Source of the DNA: a virus
Taxonomy: Duplodnaviria > Caudoviricetes
DNA length: 64,000 nucleotides
Strand: one strand, 5' to 3'
Virus record (IMG/VR): IMGVR_UViG_3300034101_006325
Span: 32,001-96,000 of that record
Position numbers and translations under genes: made by a program. The notes below the pieces were generated by a model. It saw nothing but the letters and a program-made list of their open reading frames with translations, had not been told where the DNA came from and searched no databases. Positions 57,516-64,000 of this stretch are shown here, one piece after another. Numbering within the stretch: the stretch's first letter is position 1; every line of letters begins with the position of its first letter.

Positions 57516-60500
57516 TCAAACGAACTGCACGCCAGCGTTGGTTACGATGAAATCTATCGCAATGTATTCAATTGCTCTTGTCGGTACGACGACAATTCTT
57601 CCATTGAGACGATTGAGATCAACGTCAACCTGCGTGTTGTTTGTCTCGTTCATCACGACCTGGAAGGCCTCGATGCCTGCCTGGGTTTGGATGAGAGACA
57701 GTTGGAAAACTGCATCCGAAACGAATCTATTGCGAACAGCGGGCGTGTTCTGCTCAAACACGATCTTGTTTGCAATTCCGATGATGATCCTCTTGACCTC
57801 GAGGAGCAGGCGTCGGACATTGACTCGGTCAAGTGCTGATTTATTGATTTGAAGCGTCTTTTGTCCGTATATTACGAAGCCAAGACGTGGGAACGTTGCA
57901 ATTGGATTAATTCTTGAATCATAAAGAACGTCTCTATCTGCAACGCTCAATCGAACTGCTACGTTGGAAACAAAGTCAAGAGCTGCTCTGTTGAATCCTG
58001 CAGGAGCAAACCACGGGTATGACACACGATCATTAAAACCTAGGGCTCCAAGTGCAGCAACAGACGCGGGCACCTTGACTCGTCTCACGTTTCTTGTATC
58101 GTCGATGTATACATCAGGGAAGTAAGTTGCCGCATAGTTGTTGTCTATGACCCTGTTGTCAAAAGCGGAAGTTGTTTCCTTGACGTTCGGTCTAACAGCA
58201 GAATCATCATATATTCTTCTGCCTCCATCGTCATATGCAGGAATATCCATGACGTGCATTGCTAATCCATAATCACGAACTTTCTTTGAAGTTCTATCCA
58301 TAATGTAGGGTTCTCTAATACCAGGTATCGCGAGAATATTGACGCCTGCTGTGTACGGATCAGTCATTATTTCGACTGCTGTCATATATGAAGAAACGCC
58401 GTTGTTTTCCTTGCCTGTTCCTGAGACATTAGCACTAAATCCATCAGGGACATAGTTTGTCGAAGCGCCACCAATCGAAAGCGTATCAGCATCGAATGAA
58501 ACAGACTTATCATTGAGACGGCGAGCGTCGCGATCAAGATAATTTGTCCCATCGAAACCACCGTACATGAAGGTAGTAAACTTGGCAAAAGGTGAGAATC
58601 GATTGAAAACTGCCGGAGTAGCTTTTGAAAGAAGCGTAGCAAATGTTATTCTGTCTGTGATGGTTCCGTCAGAAACAGTGTAATTGCTTGAATCTGGTGT
58701 TGCATTCCTGAGATACGCTGCTTCCTTCATGTGTGTCGAAGCAGAACCAGTTAGATCGTTGACCGAACTGTTGTAGAATGCGACCTTGGCCAGAGTAAAC
58801 TTGTTATTGTTGAATTGATCTGCGCCTGAGCCTGTATGCAAGACGTCAAGCTTTTCAATTCCCATGAACTTAGTTAATGAACCAAGCAGAGAATTCTTTT
58901 CATTTATGACGTTGTTGTTTAAAACTTCTGATTCCTTGCTCAAGGCATTTCTTTCAAACTTAACGCCCCAGTAAAGTGCAGGGAGAGCAACTGATTTTGG
59001 TCCAGGCAATCCTGCAACTGTTGTGTTAGTATTGATTTCTCCTCTAGTCACCTTGTAACGATAAGGAATTGGAGGAAGCACAGATCCTGTGAGAATATTA
59101 CTGGGTGTAATCGATGGATTTGTTAAGGAACCTGAGAAGTAGGCGCCTAGTCTCGCGCTTCCCGTTGGAAGAATATCAAAAACATTGCCGTTATCATTTG
59201 TTTTAAGTAATGATGGTCCTCTAAAACCGAATGGCAAAGATTCATTCGGAACGAGCTTCTTAGCAACCAAGTCGGAGATTACTACTCTAACGTACTTTGA
59301 TCTATTTGGGTACTTACCAGAAGCAATCAGTCTTCTTTCTCGCGGGTCAACGGCATCGAAGTAGTAAGAAACTTTTCTATCTCCGATTAGCTTGCCAATA
59401 TAATTTGAAGAATCTGGATTTAGATCACAATTTGTGAATTGCTCTATAATGACGGGATTTGTGTCTGTATCGTTCCAATCACGTATCTGCACGTTGAACG
59501 TTCCAAATTTATCGGCATCGTCCGGCGAAGCCTTTATTGTTGCAATTGAAATCTTATAGAGTTGATTTGCATATTCGCCGTCGTCAAGTGCTTCGAGCTT
59601 AAAGAGATCGTACTCTGTTGTTCCAAAGGGTTGCGAAATAAACCAGGGTGTGACAGGTGCTTTAAACCTTGTGTCGTATCTTCCGAAAATTTCTCTAAAC
59701 TGCAGCGAAGGATCGCTTGCAGCAGAATTGTTTGATCCTGAAAGAACGGCAACCCAGCTGGCGGCCTCAACAGAAGCAATTTGATCATCGACAGCAAAAT
59801 CACCAAGCAGATAATGCTGATGTTCATTGAACCTATCGGGATCTGTGTTGAGTATCTTCGCAAAATAATTTTCAGCTGTCGGATCAAACGATGCCGAATA
59901 GATTCTTAGGCCTGGATTTCCGTCGTCGGCTGCAAACGACGCACCTAACGAAGAAGATATTCCTATCTTCACTATCGAAGAACCATTGACGCTGGCTGTT
60001 TTTCCTGCCTCGTCCTCGTGTGTAACTGAGCTTGTGATTGCCTGATCACCATTGAAGACTACCAAACGCGAGCCAGAAGGAACCATGACTAGCCCACGGA
60101 TGAGCGGTATTTTTGTGCCAGCAAATCCTGTGAACGTATCGTTGTCGCTAAACATCGGCATGCCATAAACTTCGTAATTTGAAGCCGTGTGTTCAGCGGC
60201 AAGGAATTGAACGACTGCTGTGTGTCTATTGAGTGCATTCGCATCAACTAGACCAGGCAAAGAGAAACCTGCGTTAGTAACAGTTCCACGTGTCAGAGTC
60301 TCATTGATATCATCAATTGTGTTGTTTGACCCTGCTCCGAGGACCCTCATGAATGTAAGTGAGTTTCTGTTCTTGAGGAACTCATTGACAGCATATGGAC
60401 CAAAGTATTTCGGATCAAGATTACCAAAGACTTCAACGAACTCATTGAAGTTTGCAACAGTGACCGGCACGAACGCAGGACCTTTATTGGCGGGTCCAAT

Positions 60501-60599
60501 AACACCAGCTGGCGTTCCTATTGGCCCTCCCTGTGCTGGGACCGACAGGTCTATTTCGCGCTCATAAAAGTTTGGTGACCTAAAAATCTGCTCGGACAT
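57516..60599 (-). CDS. tail sheath protein (paralog A)
   Basis: GVIGPANKGPAFVPV, WFAPAGFNR, YGQKTLQ, LDRVNVRRLL, IEYIAIDF. Confidence 0.93.
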   Translation of the reverse strand: MSEQIFRSPNFYEREIDLSVPAQGGPIGTPAGVIGPANKGPAFVPVTVANFNEFVEVFGNLDPKYFGPYAVNEFLKNRNSLTFMRVLGAGSNNTIDDINETLTRGTVTNAGFSLPGLVDANALNRHTAVVQFLAAEHTASNYEVYGMPMFSDNDTFTGFAGTKIPLIRGLVMVPSGSRLVVFNGDQAITSSVTHEDEAGKTASVNGSSIVKIGISSSLGASFAADDGNPGLRIYSASFDPTAENYFAKILNTDPDRFNEHQHYLLGDFAVDDQIASVEAASWVAVLSGSNNSAASDPSLQFREIFGRYDTRFKAPVTPWFISQPFGTTEYDLFKLEALDDGEYANQLYKISIATIKASPDDADKFGTFNVQIRDWNDTDTNPVIIEQFTNCDLNPDSSNYIGKLIGDRKVSYYFDAVDPRERRLIASGKYPNRSKYVRVVISDLVAKKLVPNESLPFGFRGPSLLKTNDNGNVFDILPTGSARLGAYFSGSLTNPSITPSNILTGSVLPPIPYRYKVTRGEINTNTTVAGLPGPKSVALPALYWGVKFERNALSKESEVLNNNVINEKNSLLGSLTKFMGIEKLDVLHTGSGADQFNNNKFTLAKVAFYNSSVNDLTGSASTHMKEAAYLRNATPDSSNYTVSDGTITDRITFATLLSKATPAVFNRFSPFAKFTTFMYGGFDGTNYLDRDARRLNDKSVSFDADTLSIGGASTNYVPDGFSANVSGTGKENNGVSSYMTAVEIMTDPYTAGVNILAIPGIREPYIMDRTSKKVRDYGLAMHVMDIPAYDDGGRRIYDDSAVRPNVKETTSAFDNRVIDNNYAATYFPDVYIDDTRNVRRVKVPASVAALGALGFNDRVSYPWFAPAGFNRAALDFVSNVAVRLSVADRDVLYDSRINPIATFPRLGFVIYGQKTLQINKSALDRVNVRRLLLEVKRIIIGIANKIVFEQNTPAVRNRFVSDAVFQLSLIQTQAGIEAFQVVMNETNNTQVDVDLNRLNGRIVVVPTRAIEYIAIDFIVTNAGVQFV

Positions 60600-60682
60600 T
60601 ACATTTCTCCTTCAGGATACACGCTCAATGCTTGAAGCATAAGTATCATTGAAAAATCGATAATTTATATTTGTAGCAAAAC

Positions 60683-61936
60683 TTACATTTTATCTACGGG
60701 AATTAAGAAGATACCGTCTGTGATATCTGTAAGTGTATAGACTGTTTCACCATTCTTTAATTTTTTCGGTGTTCGTCCTCTTGGTATTGTTGTAAGTGCT
60801 GGGTCATTTTGGTCAACAGCATCTTCAGCATTTGACGGCTGCACTTTTTGTATACGCCAGCCGGGCCGACGCTGGTCGTCTCGAACATTTCCTCTATCAT
60901 CCAACGGAAGCGTTGGATCATCACTGCCTAGCACGTAGTTGTCGTACTTGACGCTCTCTTCTTGCGGGTTTTCGAGGCCGTTCCTCTCGGTTCCGACGTC
61001 GAAAGAAATAATTGGAGAAGAAATATATCTCTTGACAGGCACAGGAGAACCAGGAGATCGTGTGGCCCAGACATAAGCAGGAACCTTCACCATGAATTTT
61101 TGTTTAATAAATCTCTCGGAAGTTGACATGTCATCGAAATTTGTCTCCATAGAAAAGCTGCCATTTTCTACCATGGCTGTAAACCAATAACCTTTGGGAG
61201 TAGTAATCTTCCAAGATTGAGCTTGAGGCAAAAGCGAAGCAAGCAATTTTTCCATAATTTGATTCATGTGCTGTGTATATTGCGTCCAAATCATCACCTC
61301 GTACGTTGCCGTATAAAATTGAGGTGAAGGCACAACGATAGTTTCAAATATATTGTTTTTCAAATTACTTTTAAGCAACGCACCTTCTTGAACAGAATTA
61401 ACATCTCGAAGAATGCCTACTTCTCTGTCGGTGGTCAGCTGATTTGCGACCTGTTGTGTTGAGGACCCTACAGCAACATTCTGTTGATTTTGAATAAACA
61501 ATCTATTGATGAGATTCTGATAACTTCTATCGGTCTTGTCTAGACGCCTCCTGACGACAAGCTCACCTGTCTGTTGATTTATTCCTCGGCCAACAATATC
61601 ACTGCTGTCTTGAGATATTTCTGTTCTCATTACAGTTATTATTGGCAAGATGAGCGTGTTGCTCCTGTCACGAATAGGCTTGCCTTTTTTAAGAAGCGCC
61701 CATTTTTCTCCAGCAGCAAATATAACTGGTACTTTCTTGACCTCGGTCGAATCCTGCCCACCCACCATTACCTGAATTTCTTTATCAAAAAGGTTGAATA
61801 GAGCTATGTCGACGTCCTCTATTCCGCAGGGCGGAATATAAAGATCACTCTTAAGACCGTCATACCCAGATTTTATTCCTGGGACAGAATAATTTACTTG
61901 ATCTTTAGCGTCAAATCTTGTTGTCATAGGCTTCAA
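60683..61936 (-). CDS. tail completion/terminator protein (T4 gp15-like)
   Basis: KVPVIFAAGEKW, ILPIITVMR, YEVMIWTQY; position after the neck genes. Confidence 0.65.
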   Translation of the reverse strand: MKPMTTRFDAKDQVNYSVPGIKSGYDGLKSDLYIPPCGIEDVDIALFNLFDKEIQVMVGGQDSTEVKKVPVIFAAGEKWALLKKGKPIRDRSNTLILPIITVMRTEISQDSSDIVGRGINQQTGELVVRRRLDKTDRSYQNLINRLFIQNQQNVAVGSSTQQVANQLTTDREVGILRDVNSVQEGALLKSNLKNNIFETIVVPSPQFYTATYEVMIWTQYTQHMNQIMEKLLASLLPQAQSWKITTPKGYWFTAMVENGSFSMETNFDDMSTSERFIKQKFMVKVPAYVWATRSPGSPVPVKRYISSPIISFDVGTERNGLENPQEESVKYDNYVLGSDDPTLPLDDRGNVRDDQRRPGWRIQKVQPSNAEDAVDQNDPALTTIPRGRTPKKLKNGETVYTLTDITDGIFLIPVDKM

Positions 61937-62601
61937 TCCTCATCGTAGAAAGAAGAACCGGCACCAGTTTGATCTCCTTTTTCAGAGACTTCTTTTGGTC
62001 CTGTGATAGGTGAGTCGAGGACTCCATTTTTTACAAGGTCTCGGACGTCACCATTGGGATTGTTTGGATCTTCATCAATGCCGCGCTGTTGTGTAAAATT
62101 CTTTTGAACAGCATCCGCGTCTGTGTAAGAAATGTCTGTTGGGCCAATGATTGGCGCATCAAATTGAGCCTGACGAGACTTGGTGCCAACAATTCTAACA
62201 CCGTCTTTGTGTTCAGGCATGCCGTAGATATTTCTCATAAAATTGCGTTCGGTGATCTCATAAAAAATATCGGAAAAAGAAAAGAAATCTCCTATGTTAA
62301 CGTTTATTCCTTTTTCAACAAGATCTCTATGTTGGATGTATACCTCTATTTTATATTGTGCGTCAATTCCAAATTTGTCTATTCTGGTGTCTGTTTGAAA
62401 GTTGTTGTCAACAAGTGCGTCAAGAATAATAGGATTATCCCAGACCTTTTTTACTGCTTCGTTGTAAACACCGTGTGTTTTTGTTTTTATTTCAGATATA
62501 GGATAGTAAATGATTTTTTGACCAATTACATCTTTGACTATCTCTTTGGTGATGTCCGATATAAAATTAACTTCTCGTGGGGTGATGAATAGTCTAGCCA
62601 T
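61933..62601 (-). CDS. head closure/neck protein (T4 gp14-like)
   Basis: GQKIIYY, YNEAVKK, KFGID, GDFFSF; synteny. Confidence 0.7.
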   Translation of the reverse strand: MARLFITPREVNFISDITKEIVKDVIGQKIIYYPISEIKTKTHGVYNEAVKKVWDNPIILDALVDNNFQTDTRIDKFGIDAQYKIEVYIQHRDLVEKGINVNIGDFFSFSDIFYEITERNFMRNIYGMPEHKDGVRIVGTKSRQAQFDAPIIGPTDISYTDADAVQKNFTQQRGIDEDPNNPNGDVRDLVKNGVLDSPITGPKEVSEKGDQTGAGSSFYDED

Positions 62602-62608
62602 AATTGCC

Positions 62609-63784
62609 TTAGCCGATTGTTATAGATTTTCCAAGCGGCATTGGAATGTATTTTAATTGTTTTTGAAGATTTTCGGCAGCCAATGCATCATTCTCAAGCA
62701 TCTTTTGATGCGTCAAATTCTCAAGGAACTCCTTCATTTGCGTCACAAGCTTTTCTTTGTCCTCACGACCTTGTGAAACAAGGGCCTCGCCGTTGAGTTG
62801 AAGCTCAGCATTAGGAATAGGAATATTCTGAAATTTTGACCTAATCAAACCTAACAGTTCTTTGCACAGTGCAAGTGTGTACTGTCTAATCCATTGCCGA
62901 CCAGGTTGATTAATCGAAGTGAAAGGTATGTTTCCTAGCGGGAAATTGCTCGGACCAGACACACCGCTGATAGAATCGTCCTTGTATGCTGGATTGTATG
63001 GATCTTTTGGTGGCATGACTTTTATGTACAGCCTACCTGTCTGAAGATCTGTCGTGGGTATTGGGAATATTCTAAGCTTTGTTCCTAACACCTCATAGCT
63101 GTAATTAGATCTTCTCACCCTGAATGCTGATTCAAGCATGCTTCTTCTCAAAACATCCTCAAAAATTGGCAGCACATAAAAAACCGTTGAATTGACATAG
63201 GACTCATAATTAAAATTGGTTGCCAAAAAATTTGTAATGTTAGAAGCATTCAAAAGAAAAGTCTGCGCTGCAAGAGGCTCAAAGTGAAATATTTCAACAA
63301 TTTTCATCTTGCCTTGTGAGCCCGATGGAAGCGAATTGAAAACATTGGATCCAGAGACTGCATCCTTTAGTTCTGTATAGATGTCATAATCTTGACGGCC
63401 GCTCACCAAGTCAAGATATCCAAGAGTCGCATTCTGAGAGCCTCCAACAAATGCCTCAGTGGCATATGCTTCCGCTTTGCGAAGAAGAAATTCAAGCGAC
63501 TGTCTCGCGTATTTATTTGTATAGTCAGCGGATCCAGTGGGAAGACCCAAGACGGTCGTCATTTCTGATCTTATCTTTGTCTCGTGCAAGAGTCGGCTGT
63601 ATTCACAGGCAGCTTCCTCAAAACAAGCCCATATTTCTTTCTTCGTCAACTCGACAGACAAAACATCGTCTCCGAGCTTTCTTTTGACGAAAGTTACCAT
63701 GGCGTCCGCCTCTGTCTGAAAAGCTGCGTCGCTATCAAAAAATGCAAAAGGTGTAGGGTTGACGATATCGTTGAAGCCTGGCAT
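62609..63784 (-). CDS. neck/head-tail adaptor (T4 gp13-like)
   Basis: KRKLG...VELT, WIRQYTLALCKELLG..RSKF, LQLNG. Confidence 0.8.
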   Translation of the reverse strand: MPGFNDIVNPTPFAFFDSDAAFQTEADAMVTFVKRKLGDDVLSVELTKKEIWACFEEAACEYSRLLHETKIRSEMTTVLGLPTGSADYTNKYARQSLEFLLRKAEAYATEAFVGGSQNATLGYLDLVSGRQDYDIYTELKDAVSGSNVFNSLPSGSQGKMKIVEIFHFEPLAAQTFLLNASNITNFLATNFNYESYVNSTVFYVLPIFEDVLRRSMLESAFRVRRSNYSYEVLGTKLRIFPIPTTDLQTGRLYIKVMPPKDPYNPAYKDDSISGVSGPSNFPLGNIPFTSINQPGRQWIRQYTLALCKELLGLIRSKFQNIPIPNAELQLNGEALVSQGREDKEKLVTQMKEFLENLTHQKMLENDALAAENLQKQLKYIPMPLGKSITIG

Positions 63785-63823
63785 TTCTACTCCAACTATA
63801 AGTATCGATCAATTCATCTACAA

Positions 63824-64000
63824 TTATTTTAAACGTCCAATTGCCTGACAAAGATCCGCACTTACCTCATAATTTGGCGACATTTTTTTTGAATCCCACG
63901 ACACAACGGTGGAATTCTCGTCAGGCAATACGACATAAGGAACAGGGTCGGCATGCAAATCCTTTGTCCTGAGAGCTGCCGTGCAGCCCGACAAATAATC
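63824..64000 (-). CDS. 5'-partial hypothetical ORF
   Basis: open frame from the window end to TAA 63824 (...DLCQAIGRLK*). Confidence 0.5.
   Translation of the reverse strand, partial: DYLSGCTAALRTKDLHADPVPYVVLPDENSTVVSWDSKKMSPNYEVSADLCQAIGRLK

Noticed and set aside
54357-60599. Bacterial extracellular contractile injection system
   Set aside because: T4-like neck genes plus a full replication module indicate a phage genome.
1-64000. tRNA, rRNA, CRISPR arrays, integrase/IS elements
   Set aside because: None recognised by eye; intergenic gaps are short. A tRNAscan/Infernal run would be needed to exclude small RNAs.

Overview
A gene-dense 64 kb segment of a large contractile-tailed (myovirus-type) bacteriophage genome, coded almost entirely on the minus strand. 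In minus-strand transcription order (right to left) it holds: (1) a T4-like neck/tail module with gp13-, gp14- and gp15-like genes, two tandem ~1030-aa sheath paralogs, tail tube, an inserted HNH endonuclease, a tail chaperone with a probable +1 frameshift, tape measure and baseplate genes; (2) a replication/recombination module with a PolA polymerase-domain protein, HD hydrolase, gp32-like SSB, RecA, dUTPase, 5'-3' exonuclease, DnaB-like helicase, class II RNR, ThyX and Tmk; (3) an accessory region with Hsp20, an M15 endolysin, DNA methyltransferase, LD-carboxypeptidase, metallophosphoesterase, HNH, a ferritin-like protein, IMPDH/GMPR and many small proteins sharing an 'MK(I/L)T..QL+.(L/I)I+EE' leader; (4) a volactin-like actin with a membrane-anchored neighbour; (5) a nucleotide/sugar-enzyme cluster (two MazG-like domains, HAD phosphatase, divergent second ThyX, FNR-like protein, NDT-family glycosidase, NDP-sugar epimerase, second dNMP kinase) around a DnaE polymerase. 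The most striking signal is in dnaE: its first 14 codons (including the PHP HxH motif) are separated from the rest by a 38-nt out-of-frame gap with matched UCG codons, a UAG stop and a perfect GC-rich hairpin, the architecture of a translational bypass (ribosome hop). A recurrent ATAnTTA element sits upstream of late-type genes. All family calls come from recognising motifs by eye; no database search was run.
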